Positions 34,320 through 47,584 of a stretch of DNA of 64,000 bases are shown here, piece by piece. Source of the stretch: the human T2T-CHM13v2.0 reference genome, Homo sapiens; assembly GCF_009914755.1 (NCBI RefSeq), contig NC_060925.1. The stretch is one strand, 5' to 3'. The position numbers were made by a program, and so were the translations under genes. The notes beneath the pieces were generated by a model that saw nothing but the letters and a program-made list of their open reading frames with translations, was not told the DNA's origin and ran no database searches. How positions within the stretch are numbered: the stretch's first letter is position 1; every line of letters begins with the position of its first letter.

Positions 34320-34560
34320 AAGAATAATCTAGAAGTCTTTGGACCGATAAGCCTAACCTGTCTATCAGGAAAGAGACTGGAAGAAAATAATTGTGTAACT
34401 ATTTGATTAATATTTTCATAAGAACGGCAGCAAACAGGATGGCCTTGTAAAGAACAAATCCTGTCAGACTATAACTTCCTCTTCTGACAAAATGAGTAGT
34501 CAGCTGGATTGAAGGAGAGGTAATAGACTATCTTCACTTTGCCAAGGATTTTGATTTCTG
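34320..34560 (+). mobile_element. CR1/L3 LINE reverse-transcriptase fossil
   Basis: Reads GPISLTCLSGKRLEE...QDGLVKNKSCQT...YLHFAKDFD, matching CR1 RPVSLTS.PGK.LE / QHGF.K.KSCQT / YLDFSKAFD. Confidence 0.65.
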
Positions 34561-34684
34561 CTCAGCAAGCAAATACATGAGACAGTTTTGGGTAGTGATG
34601 ACCAATTTAGAAGGAAATAAGGCAAGGTAATGAGGGGGAAAGTGATGAGTGAAGGCTGATACCTTAGAAATGGTGGTCAGGAGT

Positions 34685-34992
<308 letters not shown>

Positions 34993-34999
34993 GAGACGG

Positions 35000-35680
35000 T
35001 GGTCAGGGAGGCCTCTTGGACAGGATGTTTCAGCCAGCATCCAAATAGTGACAAGGCACCAGTCATGTGACCTTCCCAGGGAGAGTGCTCCACAGAGGAG
35101 GGCTTAGTGGGTGGCCTTGGCCAGTGCGGTTAAAGTGCATTGAATAAAGGGGGCGGGTATGGGATAATGAGAGGGGTGGGAAAGAACAGAGAAGCAGGTC
35201 CCTGTTAGGTGTGTGATTGAGGGCATGGATTCTACTCAAGGACAAAGAGAAGAGGTATAGGGGGACTAGACCGGGCAGAGGCAGGAGAGAGAGGCTTTGG
35301 AAGCAGAGCAGAGGGTAGGGGGCCTTGGACTAGGGCACTGGCAATGACGTAATTAGAAGCATCCAGATTTGAGATATATTTAGAAGTAGGACTTGCTGAT
35401 GGATTAGACGTGGGGAGTGAGGGAAGACAGTTAATCCAAAGATGATTCCTGTGTCTTTGGCTTGATAATGAGGCACCATCCACTGAGACGGGGAAGACTG
35501 AAGAACAAGAGGTTTGGGGAAGAGATTTGGGAGATGGGGGCTCTGTCTGGGAAACGTCCTATTTGAGCTGTCTGCTGTGCATTCCCATGGAGGGGCTGCG
35601 TAGATAGTTGGATATAATTGTAGAGCTTAGGGGGAGAGGTGGACGCTGGAGATAAACTAGAAGTCACAGCCTAGTGGTGA
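35000..35680 (-). mobile_element. L2 fragment
   Basis: gtaggacttgctgatggattagacgtggggagtgaggg...ccactgagacggggaagact, typical antisense L2. Confidence 0.6.
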
Positions 35681-35729
35681 TATTTGGATGATCTTATTTG
35701 GATTCTCACAATTTCTCTGGAGGCAGTTA

Positions 35730-36055
<326 letters not shown>

Positions 36056-39000
36056 ACCCAGTAGATGATGGAGGGTACGCCATTCACCCACGGGTGGCCA
36101 GGCGTGTCGGCAGAACTCAAGGCCCAGGAAGAAAAAGAGCAACAAGGAGGAGAGGTCAGATCAACAAAGGGGTTTCCAGGGCCCTCTGTGCCTTGAGCAA
36201 AGCCTTACCAGAGGAACAAACAAAAGTATCGCAAGGGACATACTTACACTAAGAAATTATTGGTGGCTTCTCTGAAATTTAAATGTATCTGGGTGCCCTG
36301 TCTTTTACCTGGCAACCCTACCTCAACATCAACAAAGGGTTGAAGCCTTCTTCTTTCCCCAGAGTTCCTGCAACTGCAGCCCTGCTTTTTAGCATGCTGT
36401 GCTGTCATCGCTTTGCACCTTTTTTCAGTCAGACGTTGTGTGGTTCCTGAAGGCAAACCTTGTGTGTGTTACGCACCTTTGTGCAATCGTTACATTGAAA
36501 GACCAGAGTTCAACAGGGATGCTGAAAGCAACTGTATTCTTTTCTCTCTCTGTCCCTTTACAACCATTTAGAGGCTTGTTTTTTTGCCTGGAGGACATTC
36601 CTGTCACTTTTAGTCACGAGCAGTCTTGACTCCATGCTGGAATGTTCAGTCCAGTTTCACAACCATGACTTTAAGCTTCAAATAGAAAGTGTGTCTCCTT
36701 CCAGAGACTGGGAGCATCTGGCTGAGGAGCCTAAGACTGAAGGATGGACTATGAGGTCAGCTTCCCTTTAATTTCCCTCCTTTGAGCCGCTCCTCCTCGC
36801 ACCCCAACCAGGCTGCTTTCACCTTCCAGAGCTGGAGGTGGCCACTGAGAGTGAGGCTGAGAGCATAGCAGGAATGGTCTTAAGTTACCAGCATTGGGAA
36901 GATCTTTGAAGGTGATTCTTTCTCTGAGTGATGTTTTCAGGGGTTGCTCAGGGGACCCACCCCTCTCCTCTTCAGCTCCCTACAAGTGCTGATGCCTCCC
37001 GCACCTCACCTCTCCCCAGCCCCGGCTTCTGCATCTTCAGCACGCCTCCATTCAGTCTCTTTGTGCTGAGGTTATCCAGCCCCTGGCAGGAAGCTTTCTT
37101 GGGTAGGCACCTTTAAGACGCCTTTAAGACATCCTAGGTTGCATGCCATAACCGGTCTAAGGGAAATACTTCCGTCTGCAGTCTGTGTCTGGCAGCTAGC
37201 TCCTGCTGTGGTTGTGTATGGTCCCCCAAAAGAGCCACTTACTATTTGCATTTCTCAGGCATGAGTCAGATAGAAATCTCCAGGGGACCCATATCAAGCT
37301 TTCTGTGTAGTCTCCTTGCAGCCTGTCTTCCTGGCTTGAGGCGAGTGGGGGATGCACCTCTTGTGCCCCCTGCGTCTCCTCCCTGAGATGGGGTGGGTGG
37401 GGTTAGGGATAAAGACAGCGCTCCAACTTTCTCCAAAGAAATCATCTCTCTCAGCCACTTCTACCTCTACTGTAAGCCTCAAAATCAGTTTCCAGCACCC
37501 TCTCTGCAAACCCCACATAGGTGTCCTACTATTCTCTTTAGAATGTGGGAGCCTTTGCTACCTGTTTTATTGTTTTTGACCTTTTGGTGCCTTAGCTGAG
37601 GCTGAGAAGAGAAAGTGCCATCCTGTTACATTTGTATTTTTAGCACCTACCTCAGTGCCTGGTACATAATAGGTGCTCAAAAATGTGTGCTTATTTATTT
37701 ATTTAAGCAAACGAATCATTAATCAACTACAGTAAGAAAAGGTTGACAACTGCCAATCCAGATAACCCACTAGTGTAGCCCAGGAAAAATATTTCCATAG
37801 ACCCTGAGATTTCACAATTGAGGCAAGATGAGACTTCAGGGAATTCAGAACGTCTGCTAAATTCCTGATTCCCCTAAGTACAATATAAAACTTAAAAATA
37901 AATCAGTGATGAGATTTCATGTAATGCCTTGGCCCATCTCAGATCAAGTGCAGATTCCTGGGATGGTGCCACCATTTCTTTGCTTCTTGGGTTCATCTCT
38001 GAGCTCTCTCCCTCGACCTTGGTCCTTCTTACTCCCTGTAATCATGAGGGCCACTGGTCTTCCTGGCCTATCCCGCCTCAGATCTGGATGGTGCCTTCTT
38101 ACCATTCAGCTTACAAGTCACTTGCTCCAAGGAGCATTTCCCTTACGGCCTTCACCAGCCTGTCCCCTCACCACCCCATCTTATGTACCTGTCACAGCAC
38201 TCACCTGTCTGCACTGTGCACACTATAAGCTCCAGGAAGCAGGCACTGCCTTGTTCACTCTGCACTCCAGGAAGCGAGCACAGAACCAGGCGGAAATAAT
38301 GCTGAATGAATGAGTGGATTGGCTCAAGAGCATCAGTTGAAAACCCTCTGAGTGGGGCTTTAGGGTAGGTCCACCCTGCACATCTGCCTTCAGCTCTCAT
38401 TAGTGCACAGCATATATTAAGGAGAGGATGTTGGTTTGGGCAACCTCAACCTTCATGGCTGAACCAAGCACCCATTGGTGGCTCAGTACACCTGCCACCT
38501 GAAGTGTAAGCACAGAATTCTGCCAAATATCACAGCATAGAGGCTGAAAGATCATGTCAATCTTGAGGTTTAGAGCTCCTTTTCTCTAATTCACATTCCT
38601 TAGTCCTTCACCTTTAGAAATTTCACTGTGATCACGACATCCAATGACAAATTCAAAAAGATAATTCTGTTTGTATCATACACCGTTACTTGGTTTAAAT
38701 CCAACTAAGAACTGTAGAAGTTGGTGTCAACATTCTCCTGGATTTTATAACCTTCCAAAAGCATCACAGTCTTAGCTCTGTATGTAACCTCCTCTTTTCT
38801 CCTGTGCCACCTGTACCCCAGACGAATATAGCTAAATCAAGATGAAGCTAGAATATGGTAGGATCTGTTAGTAAAAAACCCCAAAACACAAAAAACCCCC
38901 TAAACCCCACTCCGATATATTATATACAAAAGACATCAAACGTGTGTGTTAGGAAGTTTTTTTAGAGATAGGTTCTTGCTCTGTTGCCCAGGCCAGAGCA

Positions 39001-39299
39001 CAGTGGCATGATCATAGCTCACTGCAGCCTCACACTCCGACAGGAACATTTGATTAAACTGGAACATGAAAACAGAAGAGGCTATTTTAGTAAATTATGT
39101 AATTAAATTTTTTAGATGTTTGAGGAATACCTAAAGTATTTCCATTTGGAGATTATGAACATGAAACCTCATTTGATGACACAAAATGTATCTCTTTCTT
39201 AAGGGATTCTCCACGGTTTGTGAGATTATCCTCTTAACCATAAAATCATAACATATTATGTACATGTGTCATATGAAAAGACAATTATAAGAAAGTTGA

Positions 39300-39810
39300 G
39301 GCCAAATCTGCTGGTTGCCTATTCAATGTTCACCTTCCTTGTTTTTTTTCTTGCCAAGAGAGCCCTAATTTTGTTGAGGGTGGCAATGCAGCCAGCTAAA
39401 ACCTATATTTCCATTGCCTGTCTTATAAAGATAGGTGACTAAATTCTGGCCAATGAGATAGAAGTGAAAATTACTGGTGGAATTTCCAGGAAAGCTGTTC
39501 AACTGGTGGATTCGCCATATGACATGCTCCCTTTGCCCCACCATACACGCCTTGCTCCCATCTGAAATTTGAATCCAATGGCTGCAGCAGCAGCAGCCAT
39601 TTTGCAACAGTGAGACTTGACTCCATGAACTAAGGATGATGGACTGAAAGACAGGAGGTTGGCACACTGATGACATCATGGAGCCATGGTAACAGTTTTG
39701 GACTGCCTAGTTTTAGACTTAAAGTTACATGAGAGAAATGATCTCCTCTGTTGTTTAAGCCCCTGTTTATATTTTGGGGGGGGTTCTATTACTTGTAACT
39801 AAAAAAATTC
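39300..39810 (+). mobile_element. ERVL-class LTR (LTR33/LTR16-like)
   Basis: gtgactaaattctggccaatgagatagaagtgaaa...gcagccattttgcaac...gtttaagcccctg. Confidence 0.55.
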
Positions 39811-40926
39811 TAAAAGGTAGTGGAATATTTATGAGAAAGTGAGTGTGTTTGTGTACTAGATGAGAACTTATCAAAGAACTCTTTTAATATTGATAATAAT
39901 AATAATGATGGAAAAATTAGAAAAATCTATATTTTTAAAGTTGTTGCACTGAACATACCATCTGATTGATTTTATTTCTGATAATATAAATAATTTCAGT
40001 TCTTTAACAGGAGCCACAAACAACTACATAAATACATGCACATACATGCATGTACATTTTAGTGAGTGTGTCCATATTCTAGGCATTACATTCTGCAAGT
40101 TATATTCATTATCTCATTTAATATCAACAGCAATCTTATGAGGTACTCTTATTATCCTCATCATATACACAGAAAAACAGAGGTTTAGACAGTTAAGTAA
40201 CTTGCTAGTGAGTGGCAAAGAAGGGATGAGGACTGAGTCTGGCTTGAAAGCCCATCCTTATGGCCACTACCTTGTCCTGATTCCTGGGAGCAGGTGAACG
40301 TAAGTCCATTTGTTTAAGCCATCTCTCAAGTCAATAACAAGGCTGGTAAAATGTAGGGTGTCTTAATATTGCAATAAATAAATATAATCCACCAAGTTGG
40401 ACCTCTTAGCAAACTTCAACAGGTAAGGAGAATTTCTACTCAGATGGTAGATTTCTAGTATCCAGGAATTAGAAATGTATAGAGAGCATGGAGATTCAGG
40501 TTAGGTGTTAAAATGGGTAGCCAGGTGGCCTAGTTTAAACCAGACTGAGCACACTAAACTCTTTTTCCTGAAAAAAAGCAATGAATGTTCCCATTCGGAA
40601 TGGGCAGGGTATGTATTGTGTTTGCTGTCTCCCTGGCCTCATCATCCAGCACCCTCCTGCTCCCTCCTTCGCTCTGCCCATAGTGCACCACTGCACTGCC
40701 CTTCCCTGCCCTCCTCGTAATCGTTCACACATGCCATGTACACTCTCAACTCCAAGCCTTCGCACATACCAATCCCTCTGCGTGGAGTGCTCTTCCCTTA
40801 GATAGCCACAAGGCTCATTCCCTGGCTTGATTCAAGCTACTGTTGCCATGTGACTTCATCAGGGATGTCTTCCCTGACCATTTTCTCTACAAAACTGGCC
40901 CCTCTGTTAACCTTTATCCTGCTTGC

Positions 40927-41200
40927 TCCTTCCTTCCTTCCTTCCCTCTTTCCTTCCTTCCTTCCTTCCCTCTTTCCTTCCTTCCTTCCTTCCTTCCTTC
41001 CTTCCTTCCTTCCTTCCTTCCTTCCTTCCCTCTTTCCTTCCTTCCTTCTCTCTCTCTTTCTCTCTCTTTTCTTTTCTTTTCTTTCTTGACAGGGTCTTAC
41101 TATGTTGCCCAGGCTGGACTTGAACTCAAGCAATCCTACCACCTCCACCTCTGCCTCCCAAGTAGCTGGGGCTACAGGCCCGAGCTACTCCTCCTGGCTT
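40927..41200 (-). repeat. (CCTT)n compound microsatellite attached to a reverse Alu monomer
   Basis: About 160 bp of CCTT/CTTT repeats, then gacagggtcttactatgttgcccaggctgg. Confidence 0.85.
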
Positions 41201-42518
41201 CTGCTTTGTATTTTTTGATAGCACTCAATGCACCTGACATATACATTTACTTGTTGGTATCTAGCTCCTCCCCTAGAATAAAAGCCCCATGAAGATAGGG
41301 CCAGTGCTTTATTTGCTAGGACAAAGCCTGGGACACACGCAATAAACGTTTGTCGAATGAACGAACGAATAAAGGGTTCAAAGAACCTGCTCATGTCCTG
41401 TTGTTCTGTGAATACCTAGAAGACATTAGAGATGGGTCTCATGCTGGGACAAACTCTATGGACACAAGCGTTTGGAGGTTACTTTTGTGTTACTGAACAC
41501 AGCAAAGTGGTTAGCACCCTGCAGTTAAAGAATGAACTCCACATAGAGGAAGGGATAAAAAGAAGAAAGGTGTTTCAAAATGGAATTTTCTTAAAAGGAA
41601 AGTGAAAGTAGAAAGGTATCTACAAAATGGTAAACAAGCAGTTCATGACCATCAACAGAAAGGATCTTAATTATTACCCATAAAGAAAAGAAGTATAATA
41701 AAAAAGTAGACACATTTTCTCTGCCTCTATGCAGTAGTTATTGCATTTGAGGGACATTACCCTTAAACATACACCTACAGGCCTGGGCAATACAGGATCA
41801 AGGGCTGTGGTTCACAGGAGGGAGATACAATCTCTGGCCAGAGTAATCAAAGCCCAGAAGGGGGCTTTGAACTAGTCCTTGAAGCATGGAGTGGATTTCA
41901 GCAGGATTTTGTGGCCCTGGATGGCTAAAGAAATAGCAAAAGAAGAGGCACGGCTGAGTAGCTTTTTAATCTGCAGAACAGTAGTCTGGTTGGGAGGCAA
42001 AATGGGAATACTAGGAAAGAAATATTGAAAAGGTATGTTTAAGGCTATATCGTGGGGAGTCTCCAAAGCCAAGCTGAGGGGTTTGAACATAACCTGGAGG
42101 CATCTGGGGGCCACCTTTCAATGGTTCTAGTTCTTATTGGGCAAGGAAGTGACAAGATGAAAACATTATTATAGGGGGTGGTGCTGGTGGGAGTCAGGAA
42201 GATGATTTGCACTGGAAAAGCATAAGAAACAGGAAGATTAGTGATGATGTTAGTGAAATTACTCTGGGATATAAAGACAAGAATCAGGAAAATGCCTTTT
42301 ACTTATAAAAAGACACTGATGTTCAGTGGGAAAGGTGAGAGAGGAATCAAAAATGGTGATCAGAGTTTGGATTCGAGCTGTAGTACAACAGAAATAGGCA
42401 AATCAGGAGGAAGATCTGCCTTCAGAGACACGTGACAGTCAGAATGACCTACTTGGGAAGCCACTAGGCAATTTGAGTTGGAAATGAGGCTGGGGAACCC
42501 ACATTTCCTTAGGAACCC

Positions 42519-43048
42519 ATACCTCCTGATCTGTAGGGGATACATTCCAAGACCCCAGGGGACGCTCAAAACCATGGATAGGACTGAACCCTATGTATGC
42601 TGTGTTTTTCCCCTATACATACAAACCTAGGTTTAAGTTTAGTTTATAAGAGGCACAGTAAGAGATGAACGATGATAACTAGTAATAAAATAGAACAATA
42701 ATAACAATATGCCAGCATCACTACTCATGCACTTTGGAGTCATTATGAAGTAAAATAAGGGATACATGAACACAGGCACCATGATACCGCGATAGTCGAT
42801 TTGATTATTGAAACAGCTACTGGCTAACGGTGGGGAGTACAGAAGAGTGGATGCGCTGGACAAAGGGATGATTCATGTCCCGAATGGGACAGAGTGAGAT
42901 GGTACAAGGTTTCATCACGCTACTCAAACTGGCACACAATTAAAAATGTAGGAATTGTTTATTTCTAGAATTTTCCATTTTAAATTTTGGAACTTTGAGT
43001 AACTGGAACTGCAGAAAGCAAAGCTGTGGGTAAGAGGGGACTACAGTA
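42519..43048 (+). mobile_element. MER44-like (Tigger7-derived) DNA transposon
   Basis: ggggatacattccaagacccc...gctggacaaagggatgattcatgtccc...gtgggtaagaggggactacagta. Confidence 0.75.
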
Positions 43049-44566
43049 ATAAGCAAACTTTTCGTCGGGTGGGGACATCCTTCTCTGTGATGTCCAGGGC
43101 TCCTCCGATGCCAAGAGGTAGATCATGTGTACTTTTTCTATCTGCATGTAGTTCAGTCCTGACCCTGGAAATCAGAATACTAATTGTAGTTTGGGGCTTC
43201 ATAATTTGGAAAGGAACTAATACGATAGTGGTGAATAACCTTCAAGTCTTGAAAAACTGATTTACCCTAAGAATCCAAACTGCGGAGAAAGGCACAAATT
43301 GGATATTATTTCTGAACACATAGTAATCTCTGTCTCTTTCCAGAACTTACTTGGCATTCCAAGAGCTAGCAGGACCTGCTTTGGCCTGAAACCAGGGACA
43401 GATCTCCCGGGGCTGCCAGAGCCTTTTATAGTTCATGCTAGTCTAGACTCTTTTTTGTGCTTTCCGCTTTGGGATGGAGGTAGGGGAGGAGTATAAGTCC
43501 TCGGACCCCTGTGTCAAAACTCAGCAGCTGCATACTCTTGGCCAAGCTACTTAACTTCTTTAAGTCTTCTTTCCTGTTTTTCAAAAATGATATTGCTGCG
43601 AAGACGAAAAGAAAAAATAAAATGCAAGTGCTCGGAGCATAGTAAATGCTCAATAAATGAAGTTTCATCACCATCGTCATCATTCGTAATGTAATTTCTG
43701 GCCATCTTGCATTAATGCAGAGATTCAGGCCATGTGACCTGAGGACTGGCTTGTGGTGAATTTCCCAGGGATTTATTTCTAGGACAGGTGCTCATAAGAA
43801 TTATAGTATTTTAGAACACATGCAATAAGGATGTAAATAAAATGGAAATTTTGTAAAATGTTGGTCTGTTGAGTTCTGAAGTGGGATAAGAAGATAGGTA
43901 TGAAATGTTCCTTAGAGATTTTGAAACAGGAAATCTGAGTTAACAAGAAATGGGCTAAATCTCAGGACGTTAGAGGCTCTCTAATCCTAATTTTATAATG
44001 ATTCGATGACAATTCCAGAGGCTTTCAAGTCAGTAATAAAGCCTTTAATGTATGTAATCTTAATTGAAAGGAGCTGAATTAAAATGATAACATTGAGTAT
44101 TTTGCTGAGTTTCCGTAGAAACCTTGAGGAAGAAGTTAATTTTTTAAGCTCATGTACATCATTGGGGAGCTTAGTAAATTGTAAGTCAAAATGAAAAAGC
44201 TTACATTTGTCCTAATTTTTTTCTTCTTTAAGGCTGTCTAGCATCCTGCCAAGTGAATAAGTGGGCTACGATGGCCCATTCTTAATTAGATGACTGCAGA
44301 AAAACTCTTAATTAAAAAAGCAAAAATATAATTTTTCCCTCTCTTGCAGAATATAAAATTAGTCATAAAGAAGAATACTTCCCAAATTTGGACTAAGAAA
44401 CATAGAAATGTCATCCTCTAAACTTTTTATTAATAATTTTATGATTAATAAAGATTTAAAATGTAGTATCTATTGAATATAAAGATTATATTATAATAAA
44501 GCAATATTAAGATAATAAAAAGCAAAATAAGCTATTATACATAACACGAATTTAGAAAAAGAGAAT

Positions 44567-44950
<384 letters not shown>

Positions 44951-47198
44951 TAGTTTTGTGCCTAGAAAAAGGTCTACTTGTTAATTTCTTTTAGTCTGAG
45001 TCTACAATAAGAATTAAATACAGTAAACATAAACTTTAAGCTGTATCCAAATTTTATGTATTTTTTCTCAAGTACACTTAAAATTGAGGTTAGTTAGTAT
45101 CCTATGATCTCTGCACTGGAATTCTTACTACAATTGTCCACCAGAAGAAGAAACTAGGGAATTATAACTAAATTATCCAAAAGGGTTAAATTTTTTTTAA
45201 AAAAGCTATAAGTAAAAAGTTTCCATAGCTTTCACTGAAGTTGCTTTCTTGTAAAAATTATTTTGTTATGTAATTATGAAATATAACAGAATATCAGAGT
45301 ACCAAAAATAATATTCCACCAATATGCCCATCACCAGTATTAAAACACTTGTTATATTTGCTTTGGTTTTCTTTTTAAAAATAAATGTTGTATATCATTC
45401 TCAAACATATTTTTATACTTTTAGAACAGACTAGAGATCTATAAACCTCATAGTTTTGTATTTTTGTGTTTTAAAGTCCACATACACGGTGTGTTTTATA
45501 AATAGTCTCTGCTCTATGTCTACTTGCTGTTGAAGACTGTATGGGGTGAATAAGAAACATCGAGTGTCTAGGCCTTTTAGCATTATTCCACTTACATTGA
45601 GAGAACTAAAGAAATAATAACCATAACTCTTGCTAGAACAGTTTACAGCCTAGTTAAAATGCCAAAATGAAGACGTGGTAAGCGTTTTTATATTATTTTA
45701 CCTACCATCTGGGTAGAATGGAGTAATTAAGAAACCTGTCTCTGCATAGTTCTGAATAAAATAGTTTAAAACGTCAATTTGATACGTTCTAAATTTGGAA
45801 GATCAAATCATTTAACATTAAATCAGGAGCCAATTTCAGAATATAGTCATTGCTCATGGAGGACTCTTACCCGACTTTTTGGGAGCTCACTGGTTGTTCC
45901 TTTAGAGACTCGTAAGAGTAAACATTCACATAAATAATAACGGTTTAAGAGTTGGTTAGTCGTCATGGCTACAGGGATAGGTCAAGTTTTTAGGTAAGGT
46001 GACTGGTATACTTCCATGAGATAGGGCAGAACATTACTAGTTCTACCACGGACAGCGAGTATTTATACACATATTGTCATTCTCCTGGAAATTTACAAAC
46101 CTACCCCAGTAAGTACAAAGTTAATGAATGCTAAAAATAAAATATAAACTGTATAGAACTCAGTGGTCGATTTTAATAATGAGTTAGATGCCGCAGAATG
46201 TAAGATGTAGGTAAACGGACGCAAAAATCCTTGTTTTACAATGTCTGCATCTCCGTAGTACTGACATTTGAAAACTTTACTTTGCACATACTTATTTTAA
46301 GTACGATAAATGAAAGCGCTGTGGACTAGGAACAAGAGACAAATTGCTTTCTTGTCCAAATTGTCTCAGACCCTGTATTTTCTTAGTCATAGCCGTTTGT
46401 TAAGTAGGCATTTGGTAGACTATTGCATGGAGGATTGCGAGAGCAAGATATTACTATCTGCGGTGGAATGCTCGAATTTCTTCTCTCAGCAAGGATAATG
46501 GGTAGCACAGTCTGACTTTAGACCCATCCAGTGGTTCAGACTTATAGATAGTATCCCATACTTTACCGCAATTCCTTGTTGAATTAAGGCTTGCACTTCG
46601 AATACAGACTACACACTTCTGGGTCTGTCTTGTACCACATTGTCTGGCATAGGCGCTCACTGTATATTTGTTGAATGTTAAAGTTCTGTGCACCAAAACC
46701 GTGCACTTTGCATCGATTATCTGCGAAAAGCATGGTACACTAAAACTAGATCTTGAAGAATTCCCATTTGATCATGAATAGAGGTAATCCACGTTTAAAA
46801 TACCAGGTGTTGCGTAATCTCTACTTGGAGATTAGCCACCCCGTGCGCCCAGGTGAAAGATATCATTCTTCCGTGCGATCCGAAGTGCCGTGGAAGTTAG
46901 TGCCCTAGCCCAGTCCAGGAGGAAGGGGCGTCGTGCCGGCGGTTTTAAGCTCGGAAGGGGCAGGGGAATGAGCCCAGGGACCCCAGCGGGGCGCAGGTAG
47001 GAGGCTGTGCGCTCGCCGGGTGCGCTCCGGCCCCGATTCCCAGCGCAGCCAGTAAGTGGCGCTGGGCCTCGGGTTTGGCGGCCCGGAGGAGCGGGCTGCG
47101 GATTACCTGCAGCAGCGGGGAGCCGCCGAGCTCCTCCCCGCCCGCCCCCACACCCCACCCCCACCGCTGCACTAACCCCGGCTCAGCTGGCTCCGCGC

Positions 47199-47536
47199 AC
47201 TTGCTCGGAGGAGCCGGGGCCGAGCGGACCGCCGGCTGCAGGCAGCGAGCGCGGCTGGGCTGCGGGGCTGCTTCCCCGCGTCCTCCGGGCCCGGGCCGCC
47301 CTCCTCCCGCACAGTGCGGAGCAGGGAGGCCCCGCGCCTCGACCACCCGCGCCCGAGCGTCCGCGCCTCCTCCTCCGCTCTGCAGGCGGGGACCGCCCGG
47401 CGCTCGGCACCCGGCAGCGCGGCCCCCTCCAGCCCCCGGCTCCCGGCAGCAGAAGCAGAAGGCAGCGCCAGGGGCCGCCGCCGCCGCCGAGCTCCGCGGG
47501 GCTCGGGAGCCGGCCCCGGCGAGGAGGCGCGGAACC
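47199..47536 (+). other. RYR2: RYR2 exon 1 5'UTR (TSS approximate)
   Basis: ATG-free GC-rich leader with (GCC)5 at 47474-47488; TSS placed ~50 bp downstream of the GC boxes from the recalled mRNA start, not provable from sequence alone. Confidence 0.6.
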
Positions 47537-47584
47537 ATGGCCGATGGGGGCGAGGGCGAAGACGAGATCCAGTTCCTGCGAACT
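47537..47584 (+). CDS. RYR2: Ryanodine receptor 2 (cardiac), coding exon 1; gene continues beyond the window
   Basis: accATGG Kozak context; MADGGEGEDEIQFLRT is the RyR2 N-terminus; phase-0 donor ACT|GTAAGC at 47585. Confidence 0.96.
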
